64,000 nt of DNA from Eledone cirrhosa (lineage: Eukaryota). Positions 45,392 through 64,000 of this stretch are shown in pieces. The stretch's first letter is position 1, and the number at the start of each line of letters is the position of its first letter. The translations under genes were made by a program, and so were the position numbers. The notes beneath the pieces were generated by a model. It had not been told where the DNA came from and searched no databases. It saw nothing but the letters and a program-made list of their open reading frames with translations. The DNA lies in NCBI GenBank assembly GCA_964016885.1, contig OZ024763.1:29202001-29266000 (forward strand). Direction: 5' to 3'.

Positions 45392-45571
45392 CTCTGTAAA
45401 TCATCTGATGTTTTTACATTGAGCTACTTAACTTACTGGTAATAAGCTAGTAATACATTACTGCCTACCACTATTTAGGGTGTATGTTAAATATTTATAA
45501 CTGCATAAGGTTTTGTATTTACATAACCATAGATAGTATAACTAATACTATATATATATATATATATATAT

Positions 45572-45726
45572 AACGAAGGAGCTGTGAGAAGGAGTCAGAT
45601 GGACCATAACGCACCAGAGTACTCAATACTTAGGGTAGTAGAGTGGGTAATAGGAACATGTATAACCCCGACGGCAGAGCAGAGCTCGTGCCGTTTCGAC
45701 GGCTATTTCGGGGTTATACATTTTTT

Positions 45727-45730
<4 letters not shown>
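45572..45730 (+). mobile_element. Fold-back short element, family X, copy 2
   Basis: Same body as 29445; arms taggaacatgtataaccccga / tcggggttatacattttttccta; flanked by (TA)n. Confidence 0.8.
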
Positions 45731-45792
<62 letters not shown>

Positions 45793-46099
45793 TATATATA
45801 TGTGTGTGTGTGTGCGCGCGTTAGTGTCTCTGTGTGTGTGTCTGTGTATCTGAGTGTTTGAGTGTGCAACTAGTATGTATATATTAGATAGTGTCATTTT
45901 GTCAATACATGTCACACGCACTATCGATTTTATTTTATTTCTATTATTGTAAATTATTAGATTTTATTTTATTTCTATTATTGTAAATTATTAATTTAAT
46001 TATGGAATTATATAATAAAGAAAATCTAACCTCAACAACTGTAGCTGTGTTTTAGTAATTCAATATAGGTGGTAAAACTGACATCAAACATTCTTGTGA

Positions 46100-48180
<2,081 letters not shown>

Positions 48181-48512
48181 TTACATGAACAACCACACAT
48201 ATAAATAGGTGTATATTTAGTTGAGCTGCAACGTGTCAAAAGATCTGAAGTCTTTACCGACGGAAGTATAGTATGTCCTTTATAGATATTCCGAAATTGT
48301 GCGAAATAAAAGCTAGTTTATGGTGCTTTCGCTTCTATCTGTCTATTTATACAGCTTTCGCTTTGGACTGTCTCTTTGAATCTCGGTCAACCTGTTTGGT
48401 TTGCCTATCTATCTATTGATTATTATATCTTTCATTTATTTTATACATATATATGCACACACACACATATATATATGTATATATATATATATATGCACAC
48501 ATACACACACAC

Positions 48513-48552
<40 letters not shown>

Positions 48553-48715
48553 TAATTTTATTTAGTTTTCATTTGGTTCTGTTACGTATTGCTACGTTTA
48601 TCTCCTCTCTCTCTCTCTCCCTCTCTCTTTCTCTTTCACTGTGTGCCTTCTGTCACTTTTGCCATCTATCTATATATCTATCTGTCTATCTATCCATCAA
48701 CCCAACACTTTCTTT

Positions 48716-48769
<54 letters not shown>

Positions 48770-48774
<5 letters not shown>

Positions 48775-48964
48775 AACGAGTAGGACCCCGACGGCTGAGC
48801 TCAAGCCGTTTCGACGGCTAATTCTGGACTGAATTAGCCGTCGAAACGGCTTGAGCTCAGCCGTTGGGGTCCAACACGTTCCTATTACCCACTCTACTAC
48901 CCTAAGTATTGAGTACTTTGGTGCGTTACGGTCCACCTGGTTCCTTACCACATTTCCTTCGTTA
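48770..48964 (-). mobile_element. Fold-back short element, family X, copy 3
   Basis: Arms 48770-48824 / 48831-48885, loop tggact; body is the reverse complement of the 29445 copy. Confidence 0.82.
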
Positions 48965-48983
48965 TATATATATATATATATAC

Positions 48984-49173
48984 GTTATTCCGGGTTGAAT
49001 CGGAGGTAACCACAGTAAGTAAGGTACTCAATACATAGCAGAGTATAAAAGTTTTAATATAGATGAGATTCTACAGGACTAGAACTGTTTCATTCATTAG
49101 AAATCATCAGAGATTCCTGATGATTTCTAATGAATCAAACAGTTCTAGTCCTGTAGAATCTCATCTATATTAA

Positions 49174-49177
<4 letters not shown>
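48984..49177 (+). mobile_element. Fold-back short element, family Y, with hammerhead-like core
   Basis: Body ccgggttgaatcggaggtaaccacagtaagtaaggtactcaatac; 60-bp arms 49051-49110 / 49117-49176 (one mismatch) carrying CTGATGA-tttc-taat-gaat-GAAAC-agttcta-GTC. Confidence 0.8.
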
Positions 49178-49216
<39 letters not shown>

Positions 49217-49217
<1 letters not shown>

Positions 49218-49362
49218 CAAAATAGTCAATACACCGACGGCTGAGCTCCGGCCATTTCGACAGCTAGATCCAAACTAAGCCAGCATTATTACCCCCTGTA
49301 CTACCCTAAGTATTGAGTACTCTGGTTCCACCTGGTTTCCTACGCCACACGTCCATTGTTAT
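49217..49362 (-). mobile_element. Degenerate family X copy 4
   Basis: ccgacggctgagctc...ctaccctaagtattgagtactctggttccacctgg. Confidence 0.7.
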
Positions 49363-49382
49363 ATAAATATATATAAATATAT

Positions 49383-49562
<180 letters not shown>

Positions 49563-49792
49563 TCATGTTACTTATGATATTCAGTGGCGGACTGAGTTTA
49601 AAAACATTGGTTGCCAGGAGATGAAGGGGGCCCACCTACATATAGAATGCTATCATTTAATTTTTATAATGAATAAATAACATTTTCGAAAAATACATAA
49701 GTAGAAACAAAACAGTGCAATCAAATTTTTGCGGAAAAATATCTTTCCTTCTCCAATAAAAAATATTATGTATTTTGCGAAATCCAGAGACT

Positions 49793-49971
49793 TTCAATAA
49801 TTGTTTCTACTTTTGGCACAAGGCCGGCAATTATCCCAGCGTATTACTGGTACTTTATTTTATCGACTCCGCAAGGAAGAAAGGCAAAGTTAACCTTGGC
49901 GGGATTTGAACTCAGAATGGCATGGGCCGTAATACTATGCGTCAAAGAATGGCGTCCGACCCTTCAATAAT
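49793..49971 (-). mobile_element. SINE family A with 9-bp target-site duplication
   Basis: ttcaataat at 49793-49801 and 49963-49971 flank a 5'-truncated minus-strand copy. Confidence 0.88.
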
Positions 49972-50045
49972 GACCAGAAGTCGAACCTAAATATAACTAA
50001 TAGCTCTGGGAATGCCATGAACAACACCACATCTTTATAACTTTG

Positions 50046-50352
50046 ATTTTGAAAGTAGGTTTATAATTATCAATTTTCATTCTACTTTTGTAGTTGTCTC
50101 GGTGGGCTAGTTGGAAGAGTCATAGACGGTGGTGATTCTGGTCTGAAGTTCGAACCTGGTCGGGAGGATGGTAAATCTTTTTAGTTTTTTTCTATTGGTT
50201 GTAAAATAAAATTGAAAAAGGTTGCATGTACCTCTTGACCAGGATTGAAACCAAGGCCAAGATCTCCACCGTATCTAGTACCTACCGATAGGCCACAGAG
50301 ACAACTACGAAAATCTTATGAAAATTCATACTTATAAACCTACTTTCAAAAT
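50046..50352. other. ~310-bp imperfect palindrome of two convergent tRNA-like units
   Basis: Arms 50046-50167 and 50231-50352 are reverse complements, each with A-box-like and B-box-like motifs. Confidence 0.75.
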
Positions 50353-50397
50353 TTTCAACACAACCTGGCAACCTTACCAGTGCCCCACTGCATATAT

Positions 50398-50468
50398 ACA
50401 TGGCTTTGTGGTTAAGAAGTTCGTTTCGCAACCAAGTGGTTATCGGATCTATTCCTGACTGCGAGAAG
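50398..50468 (+). mobile_element. 5' tRNA-derived head fragment of another SINE family
   Basis: tggctttgtggttaagaagttcgtttcgcaaccaagtggtt... with an A-box; resembles an octopus SINE head from memory. Confidence 0.5.
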
Positions 50469-50950
50469 TTGTAGCGAAATCCCTTCATCACAATCAACCC
50501 TCGTTCTGAAAATAGATTACCACACTGAATTCCGTGGCTCTAGATATAATTTTATACGAAGTAATTAGTCGAATGATCAGAGTTGTGGTACGGTAGACAC
50601 GACCTGAAGTTTATACTTCGCAATTATATACCTTTGAATAGCTGATTAAAACAATATGCAGATATATTCAAAAATCTTGGAATAATGTTATACTTGGGAT
50701 ATTAAGGAAATTAAAGACGCACGCTTAATTCATATGCTAATTTGGTAGTTTTTTCCCACACGCCTTTGTCATATTCTTCAAACATTTTCAGATCAATATG
50801 TTTATATTAAAGATTTGAAGATGCATCTAATGTATTTTTAATATTTACGTTTCAATATACGATAAAAACAAATGAATATCTATACAATACAATGGGAAAA
50901 CATAATAGTACCACTGATGCTGTTGCATATGTAGAACGCAAGAACTTAGG

Positions 50951-51005
<55 letters not shown>

Positions 51006-51123
51006 TGCCAAATAAAATAACTGCGGAGTTATAAAAGATAAAGAAGCGAAAACCAACCAAACAGTGAGTGTGTTCTGTTATTATTTCTGGCAATATTATA
51101 ACAATATGACCCTTCTAAAGTAT

Positions 51124-51127
<4 letters not shown>

Positions 51128-51191
<64 letters not shown>

Positions 51192-51291
51192 ATATGTATA
51201 TGTATATACCGATATATATATATGTATATACCGATATATATATATGTATATACCGATATATATATGTATATACCGATATATATATATATAT

Positions 51292-51361
<70 letters not shown>

Positions 51362-51467
51362 ATATACATATATATATCGGTATATACATATATATATATC
51401 GGTATATACATATATATATATCGGTATATACATATATATATATCGGTATATACATATATATATACAC

Positions 51468-51499
<32 letters not shown>

Positions 51500-51544
51500 C
51501 GGTATATACATATATATATACACATATATATACATATATATATA
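51128..51544. repeat. (TA)n tract forming a giant palindrome (accgat x5 / atcggt x6)
   Basis: Marker motifs are placed symmetrically around ~51326. Confidence 0.9.
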
Positions 51545-51736
51545 TGAAATATAAGAATCAAAGAACTGTTCAAAACATTATTGTGCTTACAGCTGTTTCC
51601 TCCAAACCGAGGTTTGGATTCTTCGGAGCAATTTATTAATGCATGGACAGTTATATGACCTCCTTTTCAGCCGAGAGACATACCAATACATATTCAAACA
51701 TTGATACATATTCAAACATTGTGGGTCAACATTCAT
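51545..51736 (-). mobile_element. Penelope-LTR-like segment with hammerhead-like motif, copy 2
   Basis: Two substitutions and an 18-nt tandem duplication relative to 45211-45384; hammerhead-like motif at 51584-51630. Confidence 0.7.
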
Positions 51737-52089
51737 TACAGAATTTAGAGTGGCAGTACACACTTCGAGATTACATTTATATTAATAGGTACAATCAAAA
51801 ATCAAAGATATAGGTTAAAGTACAACATGAAGATAAGTGGTTATATAGTGCAAATGTTATATGTGTGGCACGCATGTGCGTCTTGTTATATAGTGTGGCA
51901 GAGAGATATGTGTGGTAGAGGCACTTAGGTAGGTAAATAAGAGTGTTAGGTTGGTAGATCTGGTGGCAAAGTCTTTATATGATTGATATAGTCTGTGTGT
52001 GGAGAAATATTATAAGCATTAAAGATAGTGCAAGCATTAAAAGTGTTATAAGTATTGGAGATGCACAGCGCAGGGATGTCAAGTAATTC

Positions 52090-52400
52090 ATGTACTTCGG
52101 CATTTTCATGGTCAAGGGAGTGTATATTTCGATTATATGCCTTTCACATAATCCACGACAATCCAGTTAGAGATCGTAGTCTGGTGTTCTTTAGTTCGAT
52201 ACAGGAGGTTGTTACGTTTCGAGAAACGCCATTGAATACCGGAAGTGTGTGTGTGGCTAAGGGGAGTTAATGCATGCGGGGAGGTAACTCTGGGGTTTCT
52301 ATATCTAGCCATTAAAATGTGTCCCAATATAGACCCTAAATTCTATGGTGAGGTGCACCTTCCAAGAGAGACTTTTAAAGCATAAAGTGTACTAACTATA
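52090..52400 (-). pseudogene. Heavily degenerate Penelope-like linker/GIY-YIG fragment
   Basis: LKVSLGRCTSP*NLGSILGHIL...KEHQTTISNWI...KYTL resembles the PLE motifs KVSYSC.PN..SII..H and T.LS.YIW. Confidence 0.4.
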
Positions 52401-52470
52401 GAGTAGTTTAACTAAATTATGCTGAAGGTGATCATATTATTATTAAGGTGGATTAACCCATCTTAAGGTG

Positions 52471-52760
52471 CTACAAATGGAAATTATAGATGATGAGCGA
52501 GGATTCTAAATTAATGATCTCTGTGGTTGTAGTCTGCTCATATGACCAGGCGCGGTGATTGCAGGATTGCTTCAGGACCCAATGATCTCTGGTAAGATCT
52601 GGGTCATCGCTTGCTACATTGGATGTCGAAAGATAATCGTCCCCAGGCAGGCCAAAGGTCAATCCGCAGTCCTCGCGACCCCTCTCTGACCGTCAGATCA
52701 TCCATATACGTACAACCCGCACGGCAGTTGCATTGCATTCACTCACTGCGCTCAGCAGCC
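52471..52760 (-). pseudogene. Possible degenerate Tx1/L1-like reverse transcriptase fragment
   Basis: CTYMDDLTV...SRGLRIDLW, then after a frameshift DPDLTRDHW...W...EIIN; loosely resembles YADDVTV / KS.GLRLG.W / GPDL..KNW. Confidence 0.3.
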
Positions 52761-53051
52761 CGGTCCTACTGGTCAACAGCGCTACTCGATTAAATCATTT
52801 TACATCTGTCTAAGGAAGGTGTTTCCTCTGCCCAACACCATCCAACCGATCAATTCATGCTCAAATTACCCTTAGAGCGGTGTAGTGCCGTCCAAGTGGG
52901 TGGATGTTGTCACACCTGCCGTAGAGGTATAAATGGGTATTTTCCCTGCGAAGGGTTCCAGAGGGATGTCGTTGTTTGTGTTATAATGGATCAGCTAGTG
53001 TTGGGTATGTAGTATAGGGTGTGTCTCTGGTGTTTGATGCTAGATGTGGTG

Positions 53052-53275
53052 TTAGGTTCCAGTCCGACATTGCCATATATAGGGCTTAAAGTTTTGGAAG
53101 GAGTGTCTGAGGCGGTGCTGGCAAGTTGCAAACACCTCAGATTTTTTGTTAAGTAGGTTACGGTTGGAGAAGATAATATTGTGTGTCTCTAGTATACAGA
53201 GGTTACAGAATTTATTAGGTGGTTTGTACGAGGTCGCGCTGCCTATCACTTCCCATTTGAGTGTGTATGGTTTAT
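53052..53275 (-). pseudogene. C-terminus of a Penelope-like GIY-YIG endonuclease
   Basis: YTLKWEVIGSATSYKPPNKFCNLCILETHNIIFSNRNLLNKKSEVFATCQHR matches the PLE motif W.I...A..Y.....C.LC..E...I......LNK.SE....C.H. Confidence 0.8.
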
Positions 53276-53428
53276 TTGTGATACTGGTTCAGTCTGGTTC
53301 AAACTGAATTGGTCTGTCCCAGTCATTCATTGAGCAACATCGGTGAAGTTGGCACCCTTAACTCACAGTTGGGTGCGGATGCATTCATGTATATATGTGT
53401 GTGTCCGCATGTATCTGTGTGTTTCTAA

Positions 53429-53570
<142 letters not shown>

Positions 53571-53571
53571 T

Positions 53572-53770
53572 AGTTTATCCGGGTTCAATGGGGATAGCCA
53601 CAGTAAGTAAGGTACTCACTACTTAGACAGAGGATTTGACTAGAGGTATCTGAGGAACTTGCAAATCCAGAGTCAGGTTCGATCCACAAACAGATCGCAC
53701 CTCAAGCTGTTCACCGGAGAAACAGTTGTAATACGTTAATAAATTGTGTTCCGATGCATCACTGATTCTT
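53572..53770 (+). mobile_element. Family-Y-like body joined to a hammerhead-like motif with extended stem II
   Basis: ccgggttcaatggggatagccacagtaagtaaggtactcac body; gtat-CTGAGGA-[~62 nt]-GAAAC-agtt-GTA-atac at 53646-53734; AATAAA at 53738. Confidence 0.6.
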
Positions 53771-53794
53771 CGTTTTCCATATTATATATATATG

Positions 53795-53857
<63 letters not shown>

Positions 53858-53875
53858 CATATATATATACATACA

Positions 53876-53909
<34 letters not shown>

Positions 53910-53910
53910 C

Positions 53911-53943
<33 letters not shown>

Positions 53944-53944
53944 A

Positions 53945-53994
<50 letters not shown>

Positions 53995-54159
53995 AGACCC
54001 ATTAATACTTAATACTTTTCTCTACTTAACCAAAATCAGAATAGGCACCAACACGCCATTCCTCCAATGACGTCCATTTTGTATTATATATAGAGGGTGA
54101 GGCGAGAGATAAAAGCTGTTGTCTTTGGTATTATCTTTGTTGTGTGATGTTGCTGCAGT

Positions 54160-54992
54160 TATTAGCGCTAATATGGTGGTCGTTGTTGTTACATTCCCTG
54201 GAACTAATATGGTTATGTTGTTGTTATTGCTATTATTGTTGTTGTTGTTGTTATTACATTCGTTGGAACTAATATGGTTATGCTGTTGTTTTTGTTATTA
54301 TTGTTATCGTTGTTGTTGTTAAAGTATTTGGCACTAATATATTGATTGTTGATGTTGCTGCTCTTGGCGTTGTGTTTGCTGTTATGGTTGTTGTTATTTT
54401 TTGTTATAGTTTTTTTTTTTGCACTAATATTGATCATGTTGTTATTGTTGTTACTTTTGTTGTTGTTGTTATTGTTAGTGTTGTTGTTGTTGCAGTTCTT
54501 AGCGCTATAGTTGCTGTTGAAATTATTGCTATATTTGTTACAGTTTTTTGGCACTAATATTGTTGTTGTTGTTGTTGTTGTTGTGGCTGTTATTTTATGT
54601 TGTAGCTATTGTTGTTGTAGTCATTGTCGTTGTTATTGCTGTTGTTATTCTTGCAGTTATTGCTGTTGTGGTTGTTGTTGTTATTTTTTGTTCCAGTTTT
54701 TGGCACTAACATTGCTGTTGTTGTTATTGTTGATGATGTTGCTGTTGTTGCTATTGCTGTTGTTGTTATTGCTACTATTATTGTTGTTGTTATTGTTGAT
54801 GATGTTGCTGTTGTTGCTATTGCTGTTGTTGTTATTGCTACTATTATTGTTGTTGTTGTTGTTGTTGTTATATTTGTTGTTGGTGTTATTGTTGTCATTG
54901 CTGTTGTTGTTATTGCTACTACTGTTGTTCTTATTGCCATTATTGTTGTTGTTATTGTTGGCGCTATAATTGCTGTTGTTTTCATTATTATT
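54160..54992. repeat. (GTT/ATT/GCT)n low-complexity array with recurring ggcactaatat
   Basis: Directly visible. Confidence 0.9.
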
Positions 54993-54994
54993 AT

Positions 54995-55372
54995 TCGGTG
55001 GGTTGGCAGTGTCGGTAGAGGGTCGGACGCCATGCTTTGCAGCGTAGAGTTACGTCCCTTTATCATCTGAGTTCAAATCCCGCTGGGGTTAACTTTACCT
55101 TTCATCCATACGGGGGTCGATAAAATAAAGTACCAGTAATGCACTGAGATAATTTGCTGGCCTTGTGCCAAAAGTAGAAACAATTTGGATTGGCAGTATC
55201 GGTAGAGGTCGGGCGCCATGCTTTGAAGCACATAGTTACCTCCCTTTATGATCTGAGTTCAAATCCGCCGAGGTTAACTTTACCTTTCATCCTTACGGGG
55301 TCGATAAAATAAAGTACCAGTAATGCACTGGGATAATTGCTGGCCTTGTGCCAAAAGTAGAAACAATTATTA
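54995..55372 (+). mobile_element. Two head-to-tail full-length SINE family A copies
   Basis: About 54995-55185 and 55187-55372. Confidence 0.92.
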
Positions 55373-56044
55373 TTAATATTATTGTTACAGTATTTAACAT
55401 TAATATAGCTGCCGTTGTTGTGGTTATTATTGTTGTTGTTGTTGTGGTTATTATTGTTGTTGTTGTTGTGGTTATTATTGTTGTTGTTGTGGTTATTATT
55501 ATCAATTTTGCCGTTCTTGGTGTTAATACGGCGGCCATATTTGAGGATTTTATTTATTTATTATTATTATTTTTTTTTATTTTTTTTTATTTTTTTTTTA
55601 TTTTTTTTTTATTTTAGGGGGGTTATCCGTGCAGATTCTACGGTGTATATTGTTCTAGTTATTGTTATTGTTGGTATTATTAATATGGTTGTTGTTGACG
55701 TTATTAACATATTTGTGGTTGCCACTCTTGTTGGTCTTATTAATACAAATATCATTATTATTTTTGTTGAAGCTGGTGAAGTTATAAATATGGTTCCTGT
55801 TGTTATTGCTGTCCTTGTTGTGAGTAACGTGGATTGTATTTTTGATCCTACAAATCTTGTTGTTGCTGTTGTTGTTGGTGGTGGTGGTGGTGGGGAATGT
55901 TGTCTTTGTTGTTGTTGTTGTTGTTGTTGTAGTAGCTGGTTTTATTAACGCAGGTGTTTCTCATGGTGTTGTTACAATTGCTGGCATTGAAGATGTGTTG
56001 TCATAATTTTCTCTCCTGGTGTTAATACTGCACACATAGGTGAT

Positions 56045-58297
<2,253 letters not shown>

Positions 58298-58468
58298 AGC
58301 AATGTATGTAAGTCTAAATATAGTGATGTGTGTATCTTAATTTTCAGATGATTAAAGGGTATATTGACACGTAGGAATAGTAGGATTAGAACCTGTCAAA
58401 TTTTGTCTCAGTTCCAACACATTATATACACACATACGTATAACACATGTATATATATATATATACAT

Positions 58469-58499
<31 letters not shown>

Positions 58500-58798
58500 G
58501 GACATACGCACCTTTGCATTTTTACGTGCATATATATATATGTATGGGTGTATATATTCATGTATATTTAATTTAGCTAGGTGATTGTGTTATATAGACA
58601 TGATAGGCTTGGCATTGCTATACACCCTTCTTGCCTGAAAGAGGCACCTCGATTAAACGCGGCACCACCCATGAACGAAGAACAAAATATTACTCCCTGC
58701 CCAAGAATGTCAATATTTAAACACATACATCACTAGAAAATAACAGATATATACACACATATATATATATATATATATAATATATATATAAATATTAT

Positions 58799-58840
<42 letters not shown>

Positions 58841-58949
58841 TTATATATTTTTTTAGGAACGATCGACTTTCGTCAAATCGGACCGAGGGAACAATGTTTC
58901 CGTTGGTCTTTCCAATTGCTAATACTATCTATCGGTCGCAACTCCAGGT

Positions 58950-59073
58950 AGAAGGAGCAACGTGAAATATAGTGTCTTGCTCAAGGACATAACGCATCAC
59001 CTGGTCCAGGAATCGAACTCACAACCTTACGATTGCGAATCCATTTCCCTAACCACTCAGCCACACGCCTTCA
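58950..59073 (-). mobile_element. 5' half of a tRNA-derived SINE (family B type)
   Basis: Minus strand gaaggcgtgtggctgagtggttaggg (A-box)...gagttcgattcc (B-box)...gtccttgagcaagacact; a related head fragment lies at 35350-35398. Confidence 0.8.
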
Positions 59074-62350
<3,277 letters not shown>

Positions 62351-62682
62351 GATATATCACACATGGAGAAAGACACACACACAAACAGTCCGTCACACAC
62401 AGATACACTCACACACGCAAGCATGAGGCAGGGGCGAAAAAAAAGAGAGAGGGAGAGAGAGAGAGTGTGTGTGTGTGTGTGTGTGTTTGTGTGTATGTAT
62501 GTGTGTGTATGAGTTATGTTTAATACGTAAGAGTTCGTAAGAATTAACTGCCTTGCATGTTTCGATCTGGTTTTTTTTCTCTATTCATGTCGCTTATGTA
62601 ATATATTCCTAGTGGGGTTTTCCCGCCTTTTCTCTATATCAAACTGTGTCCCATTCTCTTTGCTTTTGCCTCACAGCCTCAT

Positions 62683-62713
<31 letters not shown>

Positions 62714-62936
62714 ACATATACATAAATACAAACACATATATATATATATATACATAGTACATATATACATACTTACATAGTATATATATAGTTTTAAAGT
62801 AAGTCTACTTCTTGCTCCCCCATCAAACAAACCGTATAAACACTATTATACAATAACATATGCATAAACATGCACATATAACTGTGTGTATATATATATA
62901 TATATATATATACATAAATACATACATATCCTACAT

Positions 62937-62986
<50 letters not shown>

Positions 62987-63296
62987 CATATATATGAAGG
63001 CTCACAAATCGCGATGGCTGCGGAACCAATTTATTATTGCATTAGAGTAACCCATCACACACCTAATATATATTCTGTGTGCATTGAAAACGGTGGAAAA
63101 CTGTAAACAAGGGGAAAATGAATAGGGTTAAAGTAAAAAGAGAGGATAGAAATAAGGGTTAGGGGGTAGACGAGGGGCTAGAGATAGGGTGTAGAGGGAA
63201 GGTAGATGATGGTGTGGGAGAGACAGTAGCTGAAAAAACACATCACAGATTCCTCGACAAAAAAACGCATAACCTAACGCTTATCCCATGGAATGG

Positions 63297-63299
63297 TAC

Positions 63300-63356
<57 letters not shown>

Positions 63357-63410
63357 TGTGTGTGTGTGTGTGTATGCATTTATATATACATATATATATA
63401 TATATGAATG

Positions 63411-63441
<31 letters not shown>

Positions 63442-63446
63442 GAATG

Positions 63447-63496
<50 letters not shown>

Positions 63497-63501
63497 CATT
63501 C

Positions 63502-63543
<42 letters not shown>

Positions 63544-63574
63544 ACATTCATATATATATGCATATATGAATGCA

Positions 63575-63607
<33 letters not shown>

Positions 63608-63610
63608 TTG

Positions 63611-63657
<47 letters not shown>

Positions 63658-63719
63658 CATTCATATAAATATATATATATATATATATAAACACATTCAT
63701 ATATATATGCATATATGAA

Positions 63720-63767
<48 letters not shown>

Positions 63768-63840
63768 AATTTATATATATATATATATATAGATAGATAG
63801 ATAGATAGATAGATATATGAATGTATATATATATATATAA
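63297..63840. repeat. (TG)/(TA)/(GATA) microsatellites with local inverted and tandem duplications
   Basis: atgaatgtattt x2 followed by its reverse complement aaatacattcat; ~160-bp tandem block. Confidence 0.9.
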
Positions 63841-64000
63841 TTAAGCGTATGAAATAAAAGGAAAGAATTATAAAATACGCGATGAGGAGAAGAGAGAAAA
63901 AAATGGGAAACTCATAAAAAAAAAGTAAAAGGGGGTCTTTCAAGTATCTGAGAGAGAGGGAGAGAGTGAGAGAGAGAGGGGGGAGGGGGGAGCGTAAGAG

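Larger units (their letters stand above)
49582..50390. mobile_element. Putative non-autonomous hAT-type DNA transposon with nested insertions
   Basis: Imperfect terminal inverted repeats: left cagtggcggactg...ggttgccagg, right reverse complement cagtggggcactgg...ggttgccagg. No clear 8-bp TSD. Confidence 0.4.

Noticed and set aside
50095-50170. Functional tRNA gene
   Set aside because: A/B boxes are present but I cannot fold a convincing acceptor or anticodon stem; treated as tRNA-derived.
63120-63200. Telomeric TTAGGG repeats
   Set aside because: Only isolated agggtta matches, not an array.

Overview
Non-coding, extremely microsatellite-rich animal DNA. The SINE sequences resemble, from memory and without a database check, those of octopod cephalopods. 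I find no credible protein-coding gene, rRNA, true tRNA or CRISPR array; nearly all ORFs in the supplied track are translations of (TA)n, (CA)n, (GA)n and trinucleotide repeats. Islands between the simple repeats hold: (1) about 16 copies of one tRNA-headed SINE, often in head-to-tail clusters, plus fragments of other SINEs; (2) 3' remnants of two RTE-like LINEs, a CRE-like LINE, Penelope-like GIY-YIG fragments and possibly a Tx1/L1 RT; (3) four satellites or minisatellites, two visibly built from pieces of retroelements (123 bp from RTE ORF2, 66 bp from a SINE 3' region). The most interesting signal is a set of short non-coding elements embedded in (TA)n that end in ~55-60-bp fold-back hairpins whose two arms are copy-specific, several carrying minimal hammerhead-ribozyme-like motifs (Penelope/retrozyme-like). 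There is also a ~310-bp palindrome of two convergent tRNA-like Pol III units inside a probable hAT-type element.
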